From assembly GCA_001600815.1 (NCBI GenBank), contig BCKZ01000015.1, positions 372,001 to 436,000 on the forward strand: a DNA stretch of 64,000 bases, given 5' to 3'. The position numbers and the translations under genes were made by a program. This document shows positions 20,812 to 30,401 of the stretch, in pieces. Origin of the DNA: Alloascoidea hylecoeti. Taxonomy: Eukaryota. Each line of letters starts with the position of its first letter. The first letter of the stretch is position 1. The notes under the pieces were generated by a model. It worked only from the letters and a program-made list of their open reading frames with translations, searched no databases and was not told the origin of the DNA.

Positions 20812-23340
20812 ATGGTTGAAACACAACACCAGGAATTTCAACTGGGTCATGACATGGAACAGCAAGGGTCTCCCAGAGTGCAACAATCGACTTCGGAAGT
20901 TGTGGGTGATTTAAACGAAGTTGCCGAAATAAAACGATATGAAGATGTAGAAACAGTTGACTGGGTCGAGGATGCAGTAAGAGAAAACAAAAGAAAATGC
21001 GAACGAATATTGAAAAATTCGAAGGAGGTTGCGATTTTAGATGAGACAGACACAAGCACGACAGTTATGTTAGATGTTTTGAGAAATAGGCAGTACCGAT
21101 TAAGATACCAAATCGGAAAAATGTATCGAGCAGCACAGAGTTGGATAACATTAGTACTTATTGGAATAACCATTGGAATAATAGCTGGCATTTTGAATAT
21201 TGTCACAGAATGGTTAAATGATTTTAAATCTGGTTATTGCAGGACTTCATTGTATTTAAACAGAAACTTTTGCTGTTGGGGTGAAAGTGAAGATGACTGT
21301 ACAAACTGGGTCCCTTGGTCCCACTACTCAATATTACAATATTTCATGTTCATCATAACATCGATTTTTTATGCTTTTACGGCTGCTGTATTGGTGTACA
21401 ACTATGCTCCATTAGCGGCAGGGTCTGGCATTTCGGAAATTAAATGTATAATAGCAGGTTTCACATTAAAGGATTTCTTAGGTCCGTGGACTTTACTTAT
21501 TAAGGCAATTGGGTTACCTTTTGCCATTTCATCGGGGTTAAGTATTGGGAAAGAAGGTCCTAGTGTACACTATGCATCATGTGTTGGAAATGTCATTGGA
21601 AGATTTTCCCCCCATTACCGTCGAAACGCCGCAAAGAGGTCGGAAATCCTATCTGCTTCTGCTGGTACAGGAGTTGCTGTTGCATTTGGGAGTCCAATGG
21701 GTGGTGTTTTATTTGCACTGGAAGAAATGAGTTCTGTGTTTACATTAAAAACAATATGGAGAACTTACTTTTGTGCCTTGGTTGCTACTGGGGTTCTATC
21801 AATGGTCAACCCTTTTAGAACAGGTCAGTTGGTAGTTTTTGAAGTCTCATATAAGCATGATTGGCATTTATTCGAAATTCCGTTTTTTGTTGTGATAGGT
21901 ATCTGGGGAGGTATTTATGGTATTATCGTTAGTCGTTATAACTTAAAGGTTCAATCTTTCCGAAAAGCGTATTTGAAAAACTATGCAGTTCAGGAAGCAG
22001 TTTTATTAGCTAGTATTACCGCCTTAATTTGCTATTTCAATCAATTTTTAAAGGTTGATATGACTGAGGGAATGGAATTTTTGTTCCACGAATGTGAAAA
22101 TGGGTTTGAACAATCATCCATTTGTAATATTAAACACTATGGAATTTTGGTTACTTCATTGGTTTTCGCAACAATATTACGAATGATACTGATTATAATT
22201 TCTTATGGTTGTAAAGTTCCCGCAGGTATATTTGTTCCGTCAATGGCAACTGGTGCAACTTTTGGCAGATTGGTGGGGATTGTGGTTCAAGAAATGTATA
22301 AAAAGTCGGTAAATAATGGATCTGGAACTGGTTACTTCGCTTCATGTTCTCCAGATGTTCCATGCATTACACCTGGTGCATATGCTTTTTTAGGTGCGGC
22401 AGCTTCACTGAGTGGTATCACTCATCTTACCGTTACAGTTGTAGTTATTATGTTTGAATTGACTGGTGCCCTTAAATATATAATCCCAACCATGGTGGTG
22501 GTTGGTGTCACAACAATGATAATTAGTCGATTTGGAAATGGAGGTATTGCGGATCAAATGATTTTCTTTAATGGACTGCCACTGATAGATAATAAAGAAG
22601 AACCTCGGTTTGATGCTGCTATTAGTAAAGCAATGACAAGGGATGTTATTGCTTTGCCCTTAAAAGGGTTAAGATATTCACAATTAACATCGATTTTGAA
22701 GAAGTATCATGAGTTACAAGGATTTCCCTTAATCCTAAGTAAAAAGAATCCTTATTTATTGGGTTACATTGGTCGGGTTGAGTTAACTTATGGGATAGAG
22801 AAACAAAGTAGTAAGGGTGAGATTTCGCTCGACGCTCTCTGTCATTTTGCCTCTTCTAGGTTGTATGACGATTTATACAGTATTGACGATTCTGGAGAAC
22901 AATCAGAGAATCGCAGTAGACTCATAAGTGGATTGAGTATTGAGTCGAATGCTGCTTTGCTTTCAAGGGAGTCTATATTAAGTGACGTTATAAGTGAACA
23001 TGTTGGGGATGAACTGGAACAGCCCATAGAATTTATCAAATTTGATAATTTGGTCAATTTATCTCCGATAACAGCCCAACCACAATTACCGTTAGAAACC
23101 GCACATGATATATTTCTGAAGTTAGGACCTCGGATCATTCTCGTCCAAGATCAAGGCATGCTATGTGGATTGTTGACACGAAAAGATATTCTAAAATATC
23201 ATTTTAGACACGATAAGGGATATGATGCTGATAGCTCACAAATCCCACCACCACCATTTAGTGGATTACAAGAATTAGAAAATAAGATGTGGAGTTTCGT
23301 AAAATCCAAAACACTTGAACTGTTAGGACAAACTAATTAA
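20812..23340 (+). CDS. GEF1: CLC-family chloride/H+ exchanger with two CBS domains
   Basis: GSGISE, GKEGP and GIFVP CLC signatures; C-terminal CBS domains. GEF1 versus another CLC paralogue cannot be resolved here. Confidence 0.92.
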   Translation: MVETQHQEFQLGHDMEQQGSPRVQQSTSEVVGDLNEVAEIKRYEDVETVDWVEDAVRENKRKCERILKNSKEVAILDETDTSTTVMLDVLRNRQYRLRYQIGKMYRAAQSWITLVLIGITIGIIAGILNIVTEWLNDFKSGYCRTSLYLNRNFCCWGESEDDCTNWVPWSHYSILQYFMFIITSIFYAFTAAVLVYNYAPLAAGSGISEIKCIIAGFTLKDFLGPWTLLIKAIGLPFAISSGLSIGKEGPSVHYASCVGNVIGRFSPHYRRNAAKRSEILSASAGTGVAVAFGSPMGGVLFALEEMSSVFTLKTIWRTYFCALVATGVLSMVNPFRTGQLVVFEVSYKHDWHLFEIPFFVVIGIWGGIYGIIVSRYNLKVQSFRKAYLKNYAVQEAVLLASITALICYFNQFLKVDMTEGMEFLFHECENGFEQSSICNIKHYGILVTSLVFATILRMILIIISYGCKVPAGIFVPSMATGATFGRLVGIVVQEMYKKSVNNGSGTGYFASCSPDVPCITPGAYAFLGAAASLSGITHLTVTVVVIMFELTGALKYIIPTMVVVGVTTMIISRFGNGGIADQMIFFNGLPLIDNKEEPRFDAAISKAMTRDVIALPLKGLRYSQLTSILKKYHELQGFPLILSKKNPYLLGYIGRVELTYGIEKQSSKGEISLDALCHFASSRLYDDLYSIDDSGEQSENRSRLISGLSIESNAALLSRESILSDVISEHVGDELEQPIEFIKFDNLVNLSPITAQPQLPLETAHDIFLKLGPRIILVQDQGMLCGLLTRKDILKYHFRHDKGYDADSSQIPPPPFSGLQELENKMWSFVKSKTLELLGQTN

Positions 23341-23476
23341 TAAGGGTAGGTAGTATTACGCTTGAACACTGTCCTTGACCACTCAAAAAAAAGGGGGCTT
23401 TTTATCAAATACCAAAATAACCACCAACAACACAAATAATTATGAATTCACTAGATATTTTGTATATATAAACTAC

Positions 23477-23791
23477 TTATACTAATATATTCACTGAATA
23501 TGAACCGTTTTCATTCATTTTAAAAATGGTTTCAGATGATGCTCCTTTATCAACAAAAAATAGGACAAGTTTGGAATTTAACCAGTTTTCAAAAGCTGGA
23601 AAAGAGTATTTTTCATTGAATTTCTCATTGGTTGAAGATGTTATTGTTTCCTTATTTGGTTTAAAAACATCGTATGAAAGATTGTGAGTACCATCAACAT
23701 AATCAGAGAACGTGGACTTATTATCAGTTGTTTTAAATGACTCATTTTTATGTTTATATTTGAAATTTAAGAGCAGTCGACAAGGGGTCAT
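23477..23791 (-). CDS. Hypothetical 104-aa protein
   Basis: ATG-initiated ORF fills most of the GEF1-RPN8 gap without overlapping either gene. No family recognised. Confidence 0.3.
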   Translation of the reverse strand: MTPCRLLLNFKYKHKNESFKTTDNKSTFSDYVDGTHNLSYDVFKPNKETITSSTNEKFNEKYSFPAFENWLNSKLVLFFVDKGASSETIFKMNENGSYSVNILV

Positions 23792-23898
23792 ATGGCTTTT
23801 TGGTACAGTTGGGAATACGACAAATTATATGATTCAAATAATACTAATTATTTGTTAAATATAAAATATAATTTTTTTACAAATATCTATTTATTTTC

Positions 23899-24942
23899 CT
23901 ACTTTTTATTATCAGGTTCAGCATCATCCTTCACATCCTCTTCTTCAGCTTCTTCAGCTTCTAATGTTTCCTGTTCCTCGGCTTTACTATTCTCAAATGC
24001 TTCCTTTTTATTCTGTATTTTATTTTCAATCAAATCATGGAATGCAATAATTGCTCTAACTAAACAACTAATATAAACAATCATAAGTTCATCATTTGTC
24101 TTTACTGTAAAAGCTCTTGACAGCACACTGCTTTCAACTTCAGAATGATTAGTAGCTTTTGTAGTCTTTACTAAATCCGGTATATCAGTAGGTGTGAATA
24201 GGTTTGGTAATAAATTGAAAACATCTTGTAATCGACCTAAAATAACATGATTAATTGGCAATGTACCATCTAAAACTTTGTGTAAATAATTAGCTATATC
24301 ATGTAATCTATGATGAAGGCCTTGTAAAGCACTTAATTGATTTGTAATTCTTGTTGATAAAGAACCAGCAGCTTGATCTCTAACATCACGGAGTAAATGT
24401 TCAACCCCAATTTCTTCAGCTTCTTCAGCTTCAATAATAGATGGAATGTGTACAAAAGTTTTTGAAGTAGCGGTTCCATCATCTTTAATTTCTTCAATTG
24501 CATGATAAGCATCAGTGGGAATACCTACATCTTTTGGTTGAACGTCAACAATCACTAATAATGGATTTGGAGTATATCTTTTAAATAAATCATTAATTAA
24601 TAAATCAGATACTCGTAGTTTTGGACCAGAATGATACCAACCAATTAATTTTTCTTTGGCATTAATCTTTTTAAACATATCAGTCATTGCTTCAATATAA
24701 TTATGATCTAAGAACCAAACTAATGGATTCCTCTCATCTTCTTCAAAAGGAACAGCAAAACTGTTTGCAACTCTAATAATGGAACCAGTGTTGTCACCTA
24801 ATAAAACACCGACGACTCGCTTCTTGGTATCCTTAGCTGTTCTGTTATAGTGATCAACTACAGAAAGAAGCACAAGTGGTGCTATGGAAACAGTTTTAGA
24901 CAGAAGTATTGATTCTGTTTCTGAAGTCGTAGTAGCTGGCAT
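23899..24942 (-). CDS. RPN8: 26S proteasome lid subunit Rpn8 (MPN-)
   Basis: [39 protein letters not shown] and [17 protein letters not shown]. Confidence 0.98.
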   Translation of the reverse strand: MPATTTSETESILLSKTVSIAPLVLLSVVDHYNRTAKDTKKRVVGVLLGDNTGSIIRVANSFAVPFEEDERNPLVWFLDHNYIEAMTDMFKKINAKEKLIGWYHSGPKLRVSDLLINDLFKRYTPNPLLVIVDVQPKDVGIPTDAYHAIEEIKDDGTATSKTFVHIPSIIEAEEAEEIGVEHLLRDVRDQAAGSLSTRITNQLSALQGLHHRLHDIANYLHKVLDGTLPINHVILGRLQDVFNLLPNLFTPTDIPDLVKTTKATNHSEVESSVLSRAFTVKTNDELMIVYISCLVRAIIAFHDLIENKIQNKKEAFENSKAEEQETLEAEEAEEEDVKDDAEPDNKK

Positions 24943-25228
24943 AGTGGCGAATATTCAAAACGGGTGTATTTGAGGAAATAAAAGGTGAAAAAACTTGATG
25001 CAAGAGTCAATTAACTAGAATATTTTCTAATATTTCTGATAAGCCTAAAAAGGATCTCTTGATTGTTGACTTATGGATGAGAGAATAGGTTTGAATAATC
25101 AACAGTTTAGATATCACCAAAATCCAAAGGAGGTTGGAAAGAATTGATATGCTGTAATGTACGCATTGATGCTGAAATATACACCCATATTAATAAATAT
25201 ATCATTCATGTTATAATAATTAAGAAAA

Positions 25229-26254
25229 ATGCCATTTGGACAGATTGTTGTTGGACCTCCCGGATGTGGGAAATCAACTTATTGTTTTGGAATGTATCAG
25301 TTTCTATCAGCTATTGGAAGGAAAGTTTCTGTTATAAACCTTGACCCAGCTAATGACCACACAAATTATGACTGTGCTCTTGATATTAGGGATTTTGTTA
25401 CATTAGAAGAAGTTATGACAGATCAAAATCTAGGACCGAATGGAGGAATAATGTATGCAATGGAAGAAATAGAAGAATCAATCGATGTCTTCATTTCAAG
25501 ATTACAAAAGTTAGGAAAACAGGAATATTTAATATTTGATTGCCCTGGGCAGGTTGAACTTTTCACACATCATTCATCTCTTCATAAAATATTCAAAAAG
25601 TTGGAAAAATTAGATTATCGACTAGTTGTTGTTTCATTGGTAGATTCCTTTTATATTACTTCTCCTTCTCAATATATATCGGTTATTTTATTAGCATTAA
25701 GGACAATGATGATGCTTGATTTACCTCATATTAATGTGTTCAGTAAGATTGATTTATTATCAAGTTATGGGAAATTAGATTTCAATCTTAATTATTACAC
25801 AGAAGTTCAAGATTTAACATATTTAGAGGAGTCAGTTGAAAACGAATCTAATGTTGGAAAAAAATATTCAGAACTTACAAAAGCAATAGCTGAAGTGATT
25901 GGTGATTTTGGATTAGTTAACTTTGAGGTGCTTGCAGTTGAAGATAAACAGTCAATGATAAATTTACTATCAGTGATAGATAAAGCTAATGGATACGTTT
26001 TTGGAGCGACTGAAATTGGTGGTGATACGGTATGGGCCGAGGCAACACGACAAGGTGGATACTCTGAGATGGCTATAGATATTCAAGATCGATGGATCGA
26101 TAATAAACAATTATATGATGAAGAAGAAGAGAAAAGACAGCAGGAATTGATAAAAGAAGCAGAAGAATTAAATAAACCAATCTCAGCAGAAGAAGATTGG
26201 GAAAATGCCTTAAAAGAATGGGAGTCTGGTCATAATGCTAAATTTCAAAGGTAA
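25229..26254 (+). CDS. GPN2: GPN-loop GTPase 2
   Basis: GQIVVGPPGCGKSTYC, NLDPAND, LGPNGG, FDCPGQVELFTHH and YYTEVQDL. Confidence 0.95.
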   Translation: MPFGQIVVGPPGCGKSTYCFGMYQFLSAIGRKVSVINLDPANDHTNYDCALDIRDFVTLEEVMTDQNLGPNGGIMYAMEEIEESIDVFISRLQKLGKQEYLIFDCPGQVELFTHHSSLHKIFKKLEKLDYRLVVVSLVDSFYITSPSQYISVILLALRTMMMLDLPHINVFSKIDLLSSYGKLDFNLNYYTEVQDLTYLEESVENESNVGKKYSELTKAIAEVIGDFGLVNFEVLAVEDKQSMINLLSVIDKANGYVFGATEIGGDTVWAEATRQGGYSEMAIDIQDRWIDNKQLYDEEEEKRQQELIKEAEELNKPISAEEDWENALKEWESGHNAKFQR

Positions 26255-26353
26255 ATAAATTTCACAATCTCACAGTTCACAATTCACAATATTATTTATA
26301 TTATAGTTTTTAATCTAATGATTACCTATAATTATAACTTAACGAATATAAAT

Positions 26354-26806
26354 CTATGATAAATTTTCAGCTTGTTCAATTTTGTCCTTTGCTTCGGTTG
26401 TGTCTTCCTCAGGACTGACCGTTTCCTGTATAAATATCTGTTAGATAGATTCAAAAGATGATGTTCAACACACATAACATAACATAACATAACATACCAA
26501 GAAACTCGTCAAACCACTAGCAGCAGCTTTGATTTTCTTTCTGAGTTCTGGGATCATTTGTTTGGTGTCTTCCAAAACATCCAACTATATATATTTCTTT
26601 GTTAAATTTGGTACTCATTACAATAGAAGATGTAAAATATATTCGCGTACCTGTTTTTTCAAATCATACTTATCTGTGGAAGGATCTGCCTTTAATTTAT
26701 CCACCACGGCCTGTTGATCCGCCAATTCTTTATAGTAATATTTTTCTTCTTTTAAAAGTCTACCCAAAGCAGATACTTTGATTTTTAATTGTGATGGAGG
26801 TGACAT
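26354..26806 (-). CDS. RBL2: Tubulin-binding cofactor A (3 exons, 104 aa)
   Basis: Exons 26806-26651, 26584-26498, 26425-26354; introns GTACGC..TAG and GTATGT..CTAAC..CAG. Protein MSPPSQLKIKVSALGRLLKEEKYY...YDLKKQLDVLEDTKQMIPEL. Confidence 0.93.
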
Positions 26807-26928
26807 TTGAAGATCTGAAGATTTGAAGAAGTTAATAAATTTGGAGTTTTAATTGAAATGTTGATTTGTAACACCCAAACATTTATACATTTTTCAAGCA
26901 AACACAAAATAAACAAACGAAACTAAAA

Positions 26929-27776
26929 ATGACAGAAGAGACGGATTTTGACAGTATGTTTTTTATGATGTCTTTTTAAATATATTTATAAATACAGTAA
27001 CTAACAATGGATGTTTAGTCGATCAGGTACTATTGCAGATTGTAAGAGATAAAGGATATAATCAAATAAATCAGTCACTGCAATGGCCAAATATTGTTCC
27101 TCAAATAACAAATCTATTAAACCAAATCATTGATACGAATTTTATTTTGGGTAGAGAAGCATTATCTTATGAATCAGGATCAAACTCGAGCCCAAGTTCA
27201 GGTTCAGGTCCAGGTCCAGGCTCTGATTCAGAATCTTCAGAAACATATCTAAAAATCAGAGAAAATATATCAGGTATAATATCAAGTTTAGATAACCATT
27301 TAAAGAAATATTTCCAAGCATATCCACCTCAGACAATATTAAGATTATCTGAATTGTTATTATATCCAAATCGGCATTCATCAAAGCATCAAGCGTTCAA
27401 ATATTTAAGAGCTATCGAAAGATGTATAAGAGTTACTGAAACAGCTGTTACATTTTCGGATATTAATGAAAGTGCAAAGCCTGAATTAGGACACAAGAGT
27501 ATCAATTATATCAATGGAGAGGAAATACACTTTTCAATGGAATTGATTCCGTGGTTGAGGGATAGCGATGATGATCAAGATAATAGAGCAGGAGACAGAT
27601 CGATGGATGAAGATACAGTTCATGATGAAATGATGATTGATGAAGATTTTGGAGAAAACATTACTGAAAATATTAATATTTGTGAAGATACGCTGATGTC
27701 GGACCAAAGTCCTATAAAAACACCTGGTCATGGTCATCCCCCAACTACAAATATAGAAATAAACACAAATAGATAA
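26929..27776 (+). CDS. PSY4: Protein phosphatase 4 regulatory subunit 2 (PPP4R2/Psy4-like), 2 exons
   Basis: Exon 1 26929-26953, intron GTATGT..ACTAAC..TAG 26954-27018, in frame with the 27033 ORF. PPQTILRLSELL..P...KYLRAIERCIRV motif; acidic tail. Confidence 0.8.
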
Positions 27777-28059
27777 GAAATGTTTAGCTAATGAACGTGA
27801 ATGTAAAATAGTGTATAATAATCATAATCATAAAAAGGCATTAAATATATATTGGTGCGTGTAGATAAAATTTAAAGAGGATCGATAAGGTTGAACAAAT
27901 TAAATGCCAAATTCTATTTTCGGTACTTAAATGTATTTTAATTATCAAAAACCCTCCTTTTCTCATTCTTTTTACTTTAAATTTCTTTCTCTCTTAAAAT
28001 TCTCTCTTTTTCCAACCACCTTCTTTTTTAAAAAAGATTATTGTTTCTCTTGAACGTAA

Positions 28060-29655
28060 ATGTTACCATCATTATTAACAACCGGTAAACCTTATAAACG
28101 TTCCAGTTCCATCCGCCCCTCAGGAAAATCGAACTTTCTTCATTTAACACCACCTTTAGTACTTGTTTTTATATGGCTTTTAATATTTATATGGTTTGAA
28201 AGGTTAGACCCTTATTTCACTGTGAAAAAATGTCAATGGAAAAACTGGGAATATACTAATATTAATGCTACAGATAATAATAATAATGTTCATGTGTCTT
28301 TAATTGCCGACCCCCAATTAGTTGATAATCATACATATCCAGGTAGAAATCCATCTTTATTATACTTATCAGAAAAAATAGTTGATAATTATATCTTTAA
28401 AAGTAATTATTATATTAATAAAGTATTAAAACCTAATACAACTTTTTTCCTTGGTGATTTATTAGATAATGGAAGAGAATCCACAAATAAATATTATAAA
28501 CCACAAGTTGAAAGATTTAATAAAATTTTCCCAATAGATCAAATTAATCAATATAATGGTAAAAGATATTTAAATATACCTGGTAATCATGATATTGGTT
28601 TTGGTGATTATATTATACCATCTTCACTAATAAGATTTAAAGAAACTTTTGGTTATCCAGATTCAAATAAATCAATTGAAATTGCTAATCATAAATTTGT
28701 TTTATTAGATACAATATCATTAAGTGATAATGTTCATCCTGAATCTTCAATTGAACCAAGGAAATTAATGGAATTTATGAATAATGATCTTGATGATATA
28801 AAACCAAGAATTATGTTATCTCATGTAACATTATTTAAACAAAATCCTGATAAATGTGGTCCATTACGTGAATCTAAAAATCCAAAATTCCCAATTCAAA
28901 GAGGTATTCAATATCAAACAGTTATTGAGCAAAATTTATCAAATGAAATTCTTGAAAAAATAAGACCAATTGCAATGTTTGCTGGTGATGATCATGATTA
29001 TTGTTTTACAAAAGAAAAATATATTTATAATAATAAAGAATTTATATCTGATTCTTATAACGTTAAAAGTATTTCAATGGCAATGGGCATAAAATATCCA
29101 AGTATACAATTATTAAGTTTAAGATCTGATTTATCATTAAATGAAGATGGTAAAACTTTTGATACAATTAATTGTTTTATGACTGTTCCTTATTTACCTC
29201 TAATAGTTTATATAACTTTTGCAATTTTAAATATTGTTATATTAACACTTTTTAATTTTCAACAAACAGCACAATATAAAATGTTAAGATTATCACAAAA
29301 ATTATGGTCAACATTAAATATTAAATCTAATAAGAAAAAACCATATTTAAGACTTAATACAATTATTCCTTTAACAACTTCATCATCTGGTACAACAAGT
29401 CGTGAAAGATCGGATTCTATTGGTTTATCAAGAAGATCACCAAGCCCAACTTCTGCCTCATTGGATGATTTTTATATACCATCTTATAATTATGAAGAAT
29501 CAGAAGAATCAAAAATGTTAAATTTTGATAATAATAGATCAAATAATTTATTAAAAAATAAGATTAAAATTGGGTTTAAAAGGTTTTTCATTCATGTCTT
29601 TTTAATGTTTTTTATAGTCTTGGTATTATTTTTATTTATTTCTTTACGTCCATGA
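28060..29655 (+). CDS. CDC1: ER metallophosphoesterase Cdc1 (GPI remodelling)
   Basis: IADPQLVDNHTYPGR, LGDLLDNGR, PGNHDIGFG, CGPLRES, GIQYQT, GDDHDYC and VKSISMAMG; N- and C-terminal transmembrane segments. Confidence 0.93.
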   Translation: MLPSLLTTGKPYKRSSSIRPSGKSNFLHLTPPLVLVFIWLLIFIWFERLDPYFTVKKCQWKNWEYTNINATDNNNNVHVSLIADPQLVDNHTYPGRNPSLLYLSEKIVDNYIFKSNYYINKVLKPNTTFFLGDLLDNGRESTNKYYKPQVERFNKIFPIDQINQYNGKRYLNIPGNHDIGFGDYIIPSSLIRFKETFGYPDSNKSIEIANHKFVLLDTISLSDNVHPESSIEPRKLMEFMNNDLDDIKPRIMLSHVTLFKQNPDKCGPLRESKNPKFPIQRGIQYQTVIEQNLSNEILEKIRPIAMFAGDDHDYCFTKEKYIYNNKEFISDSYNVKSISMAMGIKYPSIQLLSLRSDLSLNEDGKTFDTINCFMTVPYLPLIVYITFAILNIVILTLFNFQQTAQYKMLRLSQKLWSTLNIKSNKKKPYLRLNTIIPLTTSSSGTTSRERSDSIGLSRRSPSPTSASLDDFYIPSYNYEESEESKMLNFDNNRSNNLLKNKIKIGFKRFFIHVFLMFFIVLVLFLFISLRP

Positions 29656-29710
29656 TACACATTAATCAATATATAGTTTAAATTTTATTAGTTATATGAT
29701 ATATGAATAA

Positions 29711-30250
29711 TTAAGCAGTCCAAGATTTAGTAACAAATCCAACTAATCCATCATCTTCAGTTTCCATTGCATAAATACCATAGAAAGAAACAGCCGTACC
29801 AAATTGAAGTAAATATTTAGCTCTGTTGTGCCATTTTCCATAAGTTCTTTTTGGTATATAATCAACAATACAACTTTCAAATCCTAAATAGGTATGTAAT
29901 AAGATTGTAGATCCGAGTAAAGCATCAATTGAAGGTACAATAGATCCGGTAGCGATAGGTAAAATTGTCAATGGAACTAGCCCAATACATAAGATTCTCT
30001 CGTAAGTCCAGTGATATGAGCCATGGAACCAGTTTGATTGTGGAACAGGGGCTGCATCATTAACGGTTCCAACTATATTGCCGGGTGGTTGAGGGATTTG
30101 TTTTAGGAAAGGAATATCAAATTTGTTTGTATTTGAAGTTTTAAACTGTCTGAGACCAATAGTTGGAAGCCCATTAAGAGTAGTCCTGGGGATGGTCCTT
30201 GTGATGGAAAGAGAGGATGTTTTAAGACCAGACACTGTTAAACGGAACAT
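29711..30250 (-). CDS. SDH4: Succinate dehydrogenase CybS membrane anchor (Sdh4/Tim18 family)
   Basis: IPQPPGNIVGTVND, HGSYHWTYER and H.YLGFESCIVDYIPKR.YG. Likely ATG at 30250 (presequence MFRLTVSGLK). Confidence 0.9.
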   Translation of the reverse strand: MFRLTVSGLKTSSLSITRTIPRTTLNGLPTIGLRQFKTSNTNKFDIPFLKQIPQPPGNIVGTVNDAAPVPQSNWFHGSYHWTYERILCIGLVPLTILPIATGSIVPSIDALLGSTILLHTYLGFESCIVDYIPKRTYGKWHNRAKYLLQFGTAVSFYGIYAMETEDDGLVGFVTKSWTA

Positions 30251-30401
30251 TATTGACGGATGTGGAGAAGAAAAAGAAAACGATTTTCTGAACTGCGGAG
30301 GTTTGTAAAACTCGCAGAAGATCACGTGTTGCTTAGAATTATCGGAGTTCCTATTTGCTTATATTATTACTATAAAGATAAATAATGATAAATATTAAAT
30401 A

